Below are positions 17,474 through 27,048 of a stretch of 43,915 nucleotides of DNA, one piece after another. The notes under the pieces are model-generated. The model was not told the origin of the DNA, made no database searches, and saw only the letters and a program-made list of their open reading frames with translations. Location: the IMG/VR virus record IMGVR_UViG_3300038808_000006, positions 1 through 43,915 of that record; one strand, given 5' to 3'. The position numbers were made by a program, and so were the translations under genes. The stretch comes from a virus. Lineage: Duplodnaviria; Caudoviricetes. The number at the start of each line of letters is the position of its first letter. Positions within the stretch are counted from its first letter, which is position 1.

Positions 17474-17827
17474 ATGAGTGACCGGGACGAGCGCGGGCGC
17501 TTCGGTCCTGGCAATGCCGGACGACCCCGCGGCAGCCGTAACAAGCTTCAGGAGGACTTCCTCCGCGACCTCTATGCCGACTGGCACGAGGGCGGGAAAG
17601 AAGCTCTGGCGACCATGCGCGCCGAGAAGCCGAACGAGTATGTCCGCGTGGTGGCGGGCCTGCTGCCATCCAAGGTCGAGGTTGAGCGCCCGTTGGGAGA
17701 GCTGAGCGACCATGAGCTTGCCAGCGTCCTTGACGCAGTTCGTGCCCTCATTGGATCGGCTGAAGCCGGTCCTGGCGGTGCTGGAAGCGGAACAGAAGAA
17801 GCGCCTCGCGGAACGCCGCTTAACTAG
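17474..17827 (+). CDS. Terminase small subunit
   Basis: RDERGRFGPGN-x-GRPRGSRNK; position before large subunit. Confidence 0.75.
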   Translation: MSDRDERGRFGPGNAGRPRGSRNKLQEDFLRDLYADWHEGGKEALATMRAEKPNEYVRVVAGLLPSKVEVERPLGELSDHELASVLDAVRALIGSAEAGPGGAGSGTEEAPRGTPLN

Positions 17828-18446
17828 CTTTCGGCCCTACGCCAAGCAGTTCGAGTTCTTCGCCGCTGGAGCAACCCATCGGGAACGGCTGCTCTGCGCA
17901 TCAAATCAGTTCGGCAAAACGGTTGCGGGCGGTGCCGAGACAGCGATGCACCTGACGGGGCGATATCCCGACTGGTGGCCTGGGCACCGGTTTGACCGTC
18001 CTATTCGGATGTGGGGCGCCTCCATCACGGGCGACGCAACGCGGGACAACGTGCAGGCCAAGCTGGTCGGGCCACCCGAGAGTGAGAGTGAGTGGGGAAC
18101 TGGGTTCATCCCGAAAAGCGATCTGGTGAGCTGGGACAGGGCCAGCGGAACCCCGAACCTGCTGAACAACATCGTTGTTCGGCATGTATCGGGTGGCATC
18201 TCGACGATAGGCTTTAAGACCTATGACCAGGGCCGCATGCGCTGGCAGGGTCCGACGCTGGATGCGATCTGGCTGGATGAGGAACCGCCGCTGGACGTGT
18301 ACACCGAGGGGCTGACGCGAACCAATGCGGTTGCGGATAGCCGCCTCTACATCACTTTTACGCCGCTCCTGGGCATGTCGGACGTGGTGAGCATGTTCTT
18401 CAGGGACAACGCGCATGAGCCGGGCGGTCATCACCGCAACGATTGA
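17712..18446 (+). CDS. Terminase large subunit, N-terminal ATPase part (P22 gp2-like)
   Basis: Walker A ASNQFGKT, Walker B IWLDEEPP, TFTPLLGMSDVV. Confidence 0.88.
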   Translation: MSLPASLTQFVPSLDRLKPVLAVLEAEQKKRLAERRLTSFRPYAKQFEFFAAGATHRERLLCASNQFGKTVAGGAETAMHLTGRYPDWWPGHRFDRPIRMWGASITGDATRDNVQAKLVGPPESESEWGTGFIPKSDLVSWDRASGTPNLLNNIVVRHVSGGISTIGFKTYDQGRMRWQGPTLDAIWLDEEPPLDVYTEGLTRTNAVADSRLYITFTPLLGMSDVVSMFFRDNAHEPGGHHRND

Positions 18447-19152
18447 CGACGCGGAGCACTATACCCCCGAGCAGCGTGCGGCGATCATCGCCAGTTATCC
18501 CGAGCATGAGCGTGAGGCCCGCACCAAGGGCGTGCCGATGCTGGGGTCGGGGCGTGTGTTCCCGATAGCGGAAAGCCAGATCACTTGCGCCTATCAGGCG
18601 ATCCCGGACCACTGGCCGCAGATTGGCGGCATGGACTTCGGATGGGATCACCCATTCGGCGCTGCCTGCCTCGCCTGGGACCGGGATGCTGATGTGGTGT
18701 ACGTCACCAAGGTCCACCGCCAGCGCGAGGCCACGCCCGTCCTGCACGCCGCCGCGCTTCGCCCATGGGGCGACTGGCTACCGTGGGCATGGCCGCATGA
18801 CGGCCTCCAGCACGACAAGGGATCGGGCGAGGCGTTGGCCGCGCAGTACCGGGCTCAGGGTCTGGAGATGCTACCAGAGCGGGCAACGTTCGAGGATGGC
18901 GGCAACGGCGTGGAGGCTGGCGTTCTGGAGATGCTGGACCGGATGCAGACCGGCCGCTGGAAGGTCTTCGACCACTGTGTCGAATGGTTCGATGAATTCA
19001 GGCTCTACCACCGCAAAGACGGGAAGATCGTGAAGGAGCGCGACGACGTGCTGAGCGCCAGCAGATATGGCTTGATGATGCTGCGCCACGCCATCGTCTC
19101 GCGCCGCAACGTCAAGCCCCCCGCGCCCGTGTCCTCCTCCTGGATGGGCTGA
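18415..19152 (+). CDS. Terminase large subunit, C-terminal nuclease part (P22 gp2-like)
   Basis: IDDAEHY...SYPEHEREAR...GMDFGWDHP...WPHDG...DDVLSASRY. Confidence 0.88.
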   Translation: MSRAVITATIDDAEHYTPEQRAAIIASYPEHEREARTKGVPMLGSGRVFPIAESQITCAYQAIPDHWPQIGGMDFGWDHPFGAACLAWDRDADVVYVTKVHRQREATPVLHAAALRPWGDWLPWAWPHDGLQHDKGSGEALAAQYRAQGLEMLPERATFEDGGNGVEAGVLEMLDRMQTGRWKVFDHCVEWFDEFRLYHRKDGKIVKERDDVLSASRYGLMMLRHAIVSRRNVKPPAPVSSSWMG

Positions 19153-19155
19153 CCG

Positions 19156-21339
19156 ATGGCCGACAACGACACGGTGCGCGAGGCCATCGAGCGCTTCGAC
19201 GACGCCATGCGGTGGGACCAGACCAACCGCGAAGAGGCCATGGAGGACATGCGCTTCCTGGCCGGCGAGCAGTGGGACGCCGCGTCCCGTGCCGCCCGTG
19301 CTGGTGGCGATGGCCGTCCCGCCCGGCCGATGCTGACGATCAACCGGCTGCCGCAGTTCGTGCGCCAGGTCACGGGCGACATCCGGCAGAACCCGCCGGC
19401 TATCAAGATCCGCCCGGTGGACGGGGGCGCCGACACGAAGTCGGCCGAGCTGCGCAACGGCATCATCCGGAACATCGAGGCGCAGAGCTACGCCGAGCGC
19501 GCCTATACCATGGCGGCCGAAAACGCGGTGGCCTGTGGCTGGGGCGCGTTCCGGATCACGGCCGACTACTGCGACGACGACGGCGGCTGGGACCAGGATC
19601 TTCGCATCCGGGGCATCCGCGACCCGTTCGCGGTGTTGTTCGACCCGGACGCCAAGGAGCCGGTGCGAGAGGACGCGAGCTATGCGTTCGTGTCGCAGCT
19701 CTACACCCGTGCGGCGTTCGAGGCACGCTGGCCCAAGGCCACGCCGCATGACTGGGACCAGTTCGTGCGGGGCTGCGCACAGACCGGCGATTGGTGGTCC
19801 GAGGGCGACAAGGTGCGGGTGGCCGAGTACTGGACCCGCCAGGACGTCAGCAAGACCCTCCTGCTGCTGGGCGACGGCACGACCCGCGACGCGAGCGACG
19901 TGGATGACGCAACGCTGGACCAGTGGCGCGACCAGGGCCTGATCGTGCGGGAGCGCAAGGCCAAGGGCTGGAAGGTGCAGATGCGCCTGCTGACCGCCCA
20001 GGACGTGCTGGAGGACGTCAAGGACTGGCCGGGCCGCTGGATACCGCTGATCCCGGTGATCGGGGACGAGGTGTCCATCGGGGAGCGCGTGGTGCGCCGC
20101 GGGCTGATCCGCGACGCTCGCGACCCGCAGCGGCTCCAGAACATCCACCGCAGCACGCTGGCCGAGATCACGGCGCTGACGCCCAAGGCCAAGGTGGTGG
20201 GCACGCTCAAGCAGTTCCAGGGCTACGAGACGTGGTGGGACGCCGCGGCGACGGGCAACTTCCAGCGCCTGCCGTACAACCCGGACGCGCAGGCTCCGAC
20301 GCCGCCAACCTGGCTCGCGCCGCCGATGCCGCCCGCCGCGATCATGCAGGATCTGGCCATGTCGCTCCAGGATCTGGAGGCGACCACCGGCATCCACCCT
20401 GCGAACCTGGGCATGGACGGCAAGGCCGAGGAAAGCGGGCGCGCGATCCTGTCCCGGCAGCGCAAGGGCGAGGTTGGCAGCTACCTCTACCGGGCCAACC
20501 TGGAGATGTCGGTCGCGCACGCTGGTCGCATCCTGCTGGACCTGCTGCCGCACTACTACGACAACGAGCGCGTGGTGCGCGTGCTGGGCGAGGACGGGGC
20601 GAGCGAGTTCGTCCAGATCAACCAGCCGATCTATGGCCCGGACGGCAAGCCGCAACTGTTGAACGATATGTCCGCCGGCCGCTATGACGTGGTGGCAAGC
20701 ACCGGGCCGAGCTATGCGAGCCGTCGCGAGGAAGAGCGTGAGGGCATCATCGCCACGATGCAGGCCATGCCCCAACTGCCGCAGGTGGCGGGCGACCTGA
20801 TCATGAAGGCGATGGACTGGCCGGGCGCGGAGGAATTCCGCAAGCGCCTCCGCAAGACCCTGCCACCTGGGCTGGCTGAGCCGGAAGAGGGCGACCCGCC
20901 GCCGGCCCCGCCCGCTCCGGACCCGAACATGGTCCTGGCGCAGGCGGAAATGGCCAAGGCGCAGGCCGCCGGGCAGCAGGCGCAGGTCAAGGCGCAGCAG
21001 ATCCAGACCGAGGCCCAGGTCAAGATGGCCGAGCTTCATATCGAGCAGCAGCGCGTGGATCTTGAGCGCGCCAAGCTCGGTATCGTGCAGGGTTCGGAGG
21101 TGGCCAAGGCATCCAACGCTGCCAAGCAGACGCAGCTCAAGGGCATCGAGGTTGCGGGCAAGCTCATGCAGGGCGCCCGCGAGCATCATGCCGACATGGA
21201 GCAGCGCCGCTTCGACAACGAGCGGACGGTGGTGGAGCACGCCGACCGGCGCGTCCAGCGGGAGCAGGACGTGGAGCACCGGACGGCCGAGTTCCAGCAG
21301 CGGGCGAGCCAGCCGAAGCCGCAGAGATCCCCGCGCTAG
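19156..21339 (+). CDS. Portal protein, P22 gp1-like, with C-terminal coiled-coil barrel
   Basis: F-x-AGEQW, RPMLTINRL, RDPQRL-x-N, SGRAI-x-x-RQ, GRYDV-x-x-x-TGPSY. Confidence 0.9.
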   Translation: MADNDTVREAIERFDDAMRWDQTNREEAMEDMRFLAGEQWDAASRAARAGGDGRPARPMLTINRLPQFVRQVTGDIRQNPPAIKIRPVDGGADTKSAELRNGIIRNIEAQSYAERAYTMAAENAVACGWGAFRITADYCDDDGGWDQDLRIRGIRDPFAVLFDPDAKEPVREDASYAFVSQLYTRAAFEARWPKATPHDWDQFVRGCAQTGDWWSEGDKVRVAEYWTRQDVSKTLLLLGDGTTRDASDVDDATLDQWRDQGLIVRERKAKGWKVQMRLLTAQDVLEDVKDWPGRWIPLIPVIGDEVSIGERVVRRGLIRDARDPQRLQNIHRSTLAEITALTPKAKVVGTLKQFQGYETWWDAAATGNFQRLPYNPDAQAPTPPTWLAPPMPPAAIMQDLAMSLQDLEATTGIHPANLGMDGKAEESGRAILSRQRKGEVGSYLYRANLEMSVAHAGRILLDLLPHYYDNERVVRVLGEDGASEFVQINQPIYGPDGKPQLLNDMSAGRYDVVASTGPSYASRREEEREGIIATMQAMPQLPQVAGDLIMKAMDWPGAEEFRKRLRKTLPPGLAEPEEGDPPPAPPAPDPNMVLAQAEMAKAQAAGQQAQVKAQQIQTEAQVKMAELHIEQQRVDLERAKLGIVQGSEVAKASNAAKQTQLKGIEVAGKLMQGAREHHADMEQRRFDNERTVVEHADRRVQREQDVEHRTAEFQQRASQPKPQRSPR

Positions 21340-21391
21340 GCGGGAGCATGGCCCACGGGGTGGCCTGAACCCCGGCTTCTACAGGACCATC

Positions 21392-22282
21392 ATGACCGAC
21401 GACGTAGCGAACGCTGCGGCGAACGAGGCCGGCCAGGCTTCGCACGCCGTCGATGCGACCCCCACGAATGTGGCTGACGGGCAGCAACCCGGCGGGCAGG
21501 TCAGCGAGCCCTCAAACGCTGACGGGAACACGGCGCCCGACGCCGGCCAGGACCAGGAGGGTCAGGAGCCCGAGTGGTTCAAGAAGCGAATTGACCGCTT
21601 CACGAGGAACCAGCGCGAAGTCGAGCGCGATCGCGATTACTGGCGTGACATGGCCATGCGTGGGCAGCAGCCCCCGCAGACCCAGCAGCAGGCCCCGGCA
21701 GGTCCGGCCCCTCTGCCGCCCCAGATCGCCGCGCAGATCGGCCCCGAGCCGCAGCCGGGCAGCTATCCGGCTGGCGAGTTCGATCCGAAGTACCTCCGCG
21801 ACGTGGCCGCCTATGACCGCAAGGTCGAGGCGGCACAGGGCTGGGTGCGGCAGCAGGGCGAGGCCCAGCGGCGGCAGCAGCAGCAGGTGGCTGAGACGTG
21901 GACGAAGAAGGTGGAGGCCGCCAGCGGCCGATACAGCGACTTCCACGACGTGGCCACCCGATCCGACCTGCCGATTACGCCCGTGATGGCCGAAGCCATC
22001 GCGGACAGCGATATCGGGCCGGACGTCGCCTACTACCTCGGCAAGAACCCCGCCGAAGCCGCCCGGATCGCAGCGCTGTCCCCGGCGAAGCAAGCGCGTG
22101 AAATCGGCCGTCTGGAGGCCCGCGTGGATGCGGACCTCAAGGCGGCTTCCCGTCAGCAATCGTCCGCCCCACCGCCCCCGAGCACGCTCAAGGGTGGGAG
22201 CGGCAACGCGTCGAACCTCAAGCCCTGGGACCTGCCGATGGATCAGTTCGCGGCCCGGGAGCGGAAGCGGCGCGGAGCATAA
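21392..22282 (+). CDS. Scaffolding protein
   Basis: Between portal and coat; KRIDRFTR, GPDVAYYLGKNPAEAARIA-x-LSP. Confidence 0.8.
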   Translation: MTDDVANAAANEAGQASHAVDATPTNVADGQQPGGQVSEPSNADGNTAPDAGQDQEGQEPEWFKKRIDRFTRNQREVERDRDYWRDMAMRGQQPPQTQQQAPAGPAPLPPQIAAQIGPEPQPGSYPAGEFDPKYLRDVAAYDRKVEAAQGWVRQQGEAQRRQQQQVAETWTKKVEAASGRYSDFHDVATRSDLPITPVMAEAIADSDIGPDVAYYLGKNPAEAARIAALSPAKQAREIGRLEARVDADLKAASRQQSSAPPPPSTLKGGSGNASNLKPWDLPMDQFAARERKRRGA

Positions 22283-22294
22283 GGAACTCGCCTC

Positions 22295-23545
22295 GTGGCG
22301 AACGTTATCGAGACCCAGAAGCTCATCATCAAGAAGACCCTGGCCTACTTCACCAACGAACTGTGGGTGGCCAAGGCGGTCTATCGGGACGCCGAGGGCA
22401 ATTTCGGTCCCGGCAAGTCCGGTGACACCGTGATGCTGCGCAAGCCGCTCCAGTTCAAGGCGACGGCCGGCGCGGTGGCGGTGCCGCAGGACATCCAGGA
22501 CGCGAACGTCGCCCTGACGGTGGACCAGCGCTACAATGTGCCGGTCCAGATGACCTCCCAGGAGATGACCCTGAAGGAGGACATCCTGGAGGAGCGCATC
22601 GTCGAGCCGATGACCATCACCCTCGGCAACCGCGTCGAGCAATCCGTGATGGAGAACTACTGGCAGATCCCCGGCTGGGTCGGCACGCCGGGCGAGGTGG
22701 TGAACAGCTACGCGGACTTCCTGGTGCCGAACACCCGGCTGCGCGTGCTGGGCGCCCCCATGACCAGCGTGTCCTCGGCCCTGACGCCGATCGACTATTC
22801 GGCGCTGGCGGTGTCCAACACGGCGCTGCTGTCGGACAGCGCGGTGAACCCGGCGCTGCGCGACCGCCGCACCGGCCGTCTCGGCGGCGTGGACACGGCC
22901 GAGAGCATGCTGATCGTGCGGCACACCGTGGGCAACTACGGCGGCACGGGCCTGGTCAACGGCGCCTCGCAGGCCACCACCTACACGGCGGCCAATAGCG
23001 CTGCCGGGCAGAGCGGCCCGGCGCTGGGGCAGATGACCTTGGTGACGGACGGCTGGACCGCCTCGCGCACGGGTCTGCTCAAGAAGGGCGACGTGTTCGA
23101 GATCGCCGGGGTCTACTCGGTGAACATGGTCACCAAGCAGAGCACCGGGCAGCTCCAGCAGTTCTCCGTCGTGGCCGACGCGAACTCGGACGGCTCGGGC
23201 AATGCGACCCTGACCATCACCCCGCCGATCATCACCACGGGCAACTACCAGACCGTGGACAGCGCGCCGGCCGACAACGCGGCCATCACCGTGAAGGGCG
23301 CCGCCAACGGCATCTACCCGCAGAACATCATGTTCGCGAAGGATGCCATCGCGCTCGCCATGGTGCCGCTGGCCGAGCCGATCGGCGCGCCCTATGTCAC
23401 CAGCGAGAGCTATCAGGGCTTCCACATGCGTGGCGCCGCGGCGTGGGATGGTGTGAACGACGTGTCGCTGCTGCGCTTCGACGTGCTGTTCGGTACGCGG
23501 GTGATCAACCCGCTGATGGCGATCCGGTTCTCTGGCACGCCGTGA
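22295..23545 (+). CDS. Major capsid protein, P22 gp5-like
   Basis: GDTV-x-LRKP, GDVFEIAGVYSVN, RFDVLFG; GTG start with AAGGA RBS. Confidence 0.9.
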   Translation: MANVIETQKLIIKKTLAYFTNELWVAKAVYRDAEGNFGPGKSGDTVMLRKPLQFKATAGAVAVPQDIQDANVALTVDQRYNVPVQMTSQEMTLKEDILEERIVEPMTITLGNRVEQSVMENYWQIPGWVGTPGEVVNSYADFLVPNTRLRVLGAPMTSVSSALTPIDYSALAVSNTALLSDSAVNPALRDRRTGRLGGVDTAESMLIVRHTVGNYGGTGLVNGASQATTYTAANSAAGQSGPALGQMTLVTDGWTASRTGLLKKGDVFEIAGVYSVNMVTKQSTGQLQQFSVVADANSDGSGNATLTITPPIITTGNYQTVDSAPADNAAITVKGAANGIYPQNIMFAKDAIALAMVPLAEPIGAPYVTSESYQGFHMRGAAAWDGVNDVSLLRFDVLFGTRVINPLMAIRFSGTP

Positions 23546-23551
23546 CCTGAC

Positions 23552-23580
23552 GGGCGGGGGTGACGAGCCCCCGTCCTTCC
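23552..23580 (+). terminator. GC-rich hairpin after coat gene, weak U tract
   Basis: gggcgggggt...gcccccgtcc. Confidence 0.45.
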
Positions 23581-23603
23581 CCCTGAAACAGACGGAGGAC
23601 GCC

Positions 23604-23855
23604 ATGGCCAAGAGCTGGCCCGCATGGTTCTACGGCCCCAATGGCGAGGCCGAGGTATTCGAGCGCAAGGACGACGTTCCCGCCGGTTGGACGGACAGCC
23701 CGCAGGAGAAGACGGACGGTCAGGCCGAGGACCAGAAGACCCCCGATCAGGCCGAGCCGGGCGACAACCTGGCGGTGACGATCCCGCCGGCCGACGCCAC
23801 CGACGAGCAGAACACCGCGCCGGTCATGCCGCGCGTCGAGAAGCGGAAGGGCTGA
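23604..23855 (+). CDS. Phage hypothetical protein after coat
   Basis: WPAWFYGPNGE...VPAGWTDSP; GGAGG RBS. Confidence 0.7.
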   Translation: MAKSWPAWFYGPNGEAEVFERKDDVPAGWTDSPQEKTDGQAEDQKTPDQAEPGDNLAVTIPPADATDEQNTAPVMPRVEKRKG

Positions 23856-23859
23856 TCTC

Positions 23860-24081
23860 ATGCCGGACGTGATGCTGGACGACTACGGCGCCGAGGGCGA
23901 CGGCAAGCACGACGACGCCAAGGCGCTGGAGCGGGCCGTCAAGGCGGCCAAGGGCGGCGAGATCGCCCTGTCGCCGGGCAAGCGCTACCGCCTGTCCTAC
24001 ATGCCCGAGATCCCCGACGGCATGGCGCGCCTCAAGGGTGCCTATGGCGCCTCCATCTCCGTGGACAGCGACCCCTCCTGA
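23860..24081 (+). CDS. Short protein resembling a tailspike beta-helix cap
   Basis: DYGAEGDGKHDDAKALERAV...LSPGKRY. Confidence 0.6.
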   Translation: MPDVMLDDYGAEGDGKHDDAKALERAVKAAKGGEIALSPGKRYRLSYMPEIPDGMARLKGAYGASISVDSDPS

Positions 24082-24521
24082 TGGCCACGCCAGTGCTCTC
24101 CGTGGTGCGCCGGTCCCTGCGGCTGATTGGCGTGCTGGCCGATGGCGAGCAGCCGACCGCGCAGCAGATGACCGACGCCACGGAGACGCTGGCGGGGCTG
24201 CTGGGCGGCTGGGAGTTGCAGGGCGTGCCGGTGACGACCCGGCCGCTCGTCCCCACGACCGAGATCGCCTTTCCCGACACGCATATGGACGCGCCCGTGT
24301 TCGCCCTGGCCGCCCTCCTGGCGCCGGAATACGGCCGCACGCCGCGTGCCGATGTCATCGCCCGCGCTGACGACCGCGAGCGGCGCCTGCTGGCCGCCTA
24401 CCTGACGCAGCCGGACGTGCAGATCGACCCGGCCTACAGCCAGGGCCGGCGCTGGTTCGTGGGTCAGAACAACACCACCGAGCAGAACGTGTTCATCGTG
24501 GGGGAAGGCGTGCTGGGATGA
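24081..24521 (+). CDS. Head-tail adaptor, P22 gp4-like
   Basis: SLRLIGVLADGEQPT...LA-x-x-LAPEYG; position. Confidence 0.75.
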   Translation: MATPVLSVVRRSLRLIGVLADGEQPTAQQMTDATETLAGLLGGWELQGVPVTTRPLVPTTEIAFPDTHMDAPVFALAALLAPEYGRTPRADVIARADDRERRLLAAYLTQPDVQIDPAYSQGRRWFVGQNNTTEQNVFIVGEGVLG

Positions 24522-26089
24522 GGTTTCAAGCGGGCGAAAGGCTACTCGCGGCGGACCTCAATGCTGCGCTGGATGTCCGCGGTGTCAGTATCCTTGACTT
24601 CGGCGTCGCCGCCAATGGCGTGACCGACGACACGGCAGCCGTGCAGAGGGCGCTGAACGCCGCGGCCGTGAGCGGCTTCGGCCTGCGCCTTCCGGCTGGT
24701 GTCATCCGCACCACGGCCCCCCTGCTGGTGACCGGCGCCGTGGCGCTGCAAGGGCCGGGCTGTTCGCCCATGGCTAGCGACCTCTCTGCCACGGGCGCGA
24801 ATGTGCGTGGCGGCGGCGCCTGGCTGCTGTTCGACCATGCTGGCGCCGGGCTCGTTCTGGGCTCCGCGTCGGGCGCCCTGTCCGGCATCTTCCTCGACGG
24901 CTTCGGCACGCTACGCCCTGAGGCCGCGCCCGCAGCGGGGGCCACGAGCTACACCCCGACGCCGCGCGACTACGACATCGTGCTGAACAATGCGGACCTG
25001 ACCATCGGCAACCTCGTGCTGCTGAACCCGTACCAGGGCATCCGCATCGCGAACGTGGCGCCCTACAACTATTCCCGACTGACGGTGGCGGGCAGCCTGC
25101 GCGGGCAGCCGATCTTCCGCGGCATCGGCTGCGAGCTGGTGGGCGACACCTGCCGCATCCAGTTCCACTGGTGGCCGTTCTGGACCAACCACCCGGCGGT
25201 GCGCGACTGGACCCGCCAGAACGGCGAAGCGGTTACCTTCGGCCGGGCCGACAACCCGGTGATCCACAACGCCTTCGCCATCGGCTACCGGCGCAACATC
25301 TACCTCAAGAACTGGGGCCTCGGGGCTGTCTCGAAGCTGCGCGTGACCGACAGCGACTTCGACCTGGGCGGTCCGCTGCTGGAGATCGAGAACGGCCGCG
25401 CGAACGACACGCTACGGCTGACGAACGTGGTGTCGGAAGGCGCTCCCAGCGCCATCGGCGATACCGGCGGCGCGTTTTCCAACATCATCGTGGGCGGCAC
25501 CAACACGAAGCTGGAGATCGCCAACTTCGAGGTGAAGAACGCCCGGGCGAACAACATCCGGGTGATCGGCACCGGATGCCAGGTTTCGCTGTCACAGGCG
25601 CGGCTCGGCGGCTGGGATGTGGCTGGCTCTGGCTTTCCCGCCGTGGAGGTGCTGACGGGCAATCGCCTGGACATCACCGGCAAGCCGACCAGCACCGACA
25701 ACCCCGTGACCTATGGCGGCGCCGGCACGATCGCCGTCGATGACTGGCGCACTTTCGTGCCCACCGTCACGGCGACCACGGGCAGCATCACCACGGCGGC
25801 GCCGACCATGAGCTACCGGCGCGTGGCGGACACGGTGGATTTCATCGCCTACGTGCCGGTCACGGACAATGGCACGGGCGCGGGCGCCCTGCGCCTGACG
25901 CTGCCGCTCGCCGCGGCGGCGGCCGAGAGCGCGGTCATTGCTGGGCGCAACACCACGAGCAACGCGGCAGTGACCGGCATCGTGCCCAGCGGTCAGGCCT
26001 ATGTGGATGTCGTCCGCTATGACGGCGCATACCCCGTGGCGTCGGGGCAGGCCATCCGCATCAGCGGCTCTTACCGCGCGGCTTCCTGA
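24518..26089 (+). CDS. Tailspike/depolymerase with pectate-lyase-3-like beta-helix
   Basis: DFGVAANGVTDDTAAVQRAL...LPAG; G/N/T-rich beta-helix composition. Confidence 0.78.
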   Translation: MRFQAGERLLAADLNAALDVRGVSILDFGVAANGVTDDTAAVQRALNAAAVSGFGLRLPAGVIRTTAPLLVTGAVALQGPGCSPMASDLSATGANVRGGGAWLLFDHAGAGLVLGSASGALSGIFLDGFGTLRPEAAPAAGATSYTPTPRDYDIVLNNADLTIGNLVLLNPYQGIRIANVAPYNYSRLTVAGSLRGQPIFRGIGCELVGDTCRIQFHWWPFWTNHPAVRDWTRQNGEAVTFGRADNPVIHNAFAIGYRRNIYLKNWGLGAVSKLRVTDSDFDLGGPLLEIENGRANDTLRLTNVVSEGAPSAIGDTGGAFSNIIVGGTNTKLEIANFEVKNARANNIRVIGTGCQVSLSQARLGGWDVAGSGFPAVEVLTGNRLDITGKPTSTDNPVTYGGAGTIAVDDWRTFVPTVTATTGSITTAAPTMSYRRVADTVDFIAYVPVTDNGTGAGALRLTLPLAAAAAESAVIAGRNTTSNAAVTGIVPSGQAYVDVVRYDGAYPVASGQAIRISGSYRAAS

Positions 26090-26097
26090 GGGGCACC

Positions 26098-27048
26098 ATG
26101 AGCTACACCTTCGGCATCACGCCGCGCCCGTTCGGGGCGTCTGCGGCGACGCGTCCGGTTTCCGACGCCTCCAGCATCGCCGTGCCAGCGCCCATGGCGA
26201 TCCCCGGCACGCCACAGGGGTTCGCGGAAGACCCGGTGTTCGGGCAGCAGGCGCAGACGGGGATCGGCACGGATGCCTATGGCCTGTCGGGCGGCACCTA
26301 TGGGCCGAACGGCCAGAACATCGACCCGCGCGGGGCCGGCGCCATCGACGCGGGCTCCTGGGGCAGCAACATCGGTGGCCTGTTCGGTGGCCCCATTGGT
26401 AGTGCCGTCGGCTCGGCACTCGGCACGGGCATCGACACGGCGCTGGCGAACGCGGCCATCGAGGCGAGCATTCCGGGTGCTTCCACCATCGGTTTCGGCG
26501 GCTTCCTGTCCGGGATCGCCAACAACATGACCTATGGTCTGGTGGGCACCAGCATTGCGGACCAGCTTGCGCAGGCGACCAGCCCTGGCGTGGACCTTGG
26601 AAGCTACACCGACGCCACGGCGGGCTATGGCGCACTCGGTACGGCCGGCAATCCGGTCGCCGAGGCCCTGGGCTCGATCGGTGGCGGTTCTGGAGGCTAC
26701 GGCGGTGGCTTCGGGGACACCAGCTCTCCCGATGGCGGTATCGGTTCGGGCGGCATGGGTGCCGGTGGCGGCTATGGCGACCAGGGCTACGGCAATGGCG
26801 GCGGCTGGGGCGCTGACGGCGGCTACAGCGGCGATAGCGGCGGCTACGGCACGGGCGATAGCGGATGGGCAACCGGCGGCTATACCGGCGACGGCGCCCC
26901 GTGGGAGCCAGCCGGGACGGTGCATCGCGGCGAGGTGGTGCTGAACGCGCCGGCCACGGACTACTACGGCGCTGACGCGCTGGAGGCGCTGAACAGCCAG
27001 GCCGTGCCGCGGAATGCGCTGCGGGCGCTGATGAGGGGGCGCAATTGA
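26098..27048 (+). CDS. Gly-rich virion protein with lambda-gpH-like C-terminal motif
   Basis: ATGGYTGDG...EPAGTVHRGEVV. Confidence 0.7.
   Translation: MSYTFGITPRPFGASAATRPVSDASSIAVPAPMAIPGTPQGFAEDPVFGQQAQTGIGTDAYGLSGGTYGPNGQNIDPRGAGAIDAGSWGSNIGGLFGGPIGSAVGSALGTGIDTALANAAIEASIPGASTIGFGGFLSGIANNMTYGLVGTSIADQLAQATSPGVDLGSYTDATAGYGALGTAGNPVAEALGSIGGGSGGYGGGFGDTSSPDGGIGSGGMGAGGGYGDQGYGNGGGWGADGGYSGDSGGYGTGDSGWATGGYTGDGAPWEPAGTVHRGEVVLNAPATDYYGADALEALNSQAVPRNALRALMRGRN

Noticed and set aside
18871-23611. Very long antisense ORFs (802 aa, 699 aa; also 31853-33859)
   Set aside because: Shadows of GC3-rich portal, coat and ejection genes; no recognisable motifs
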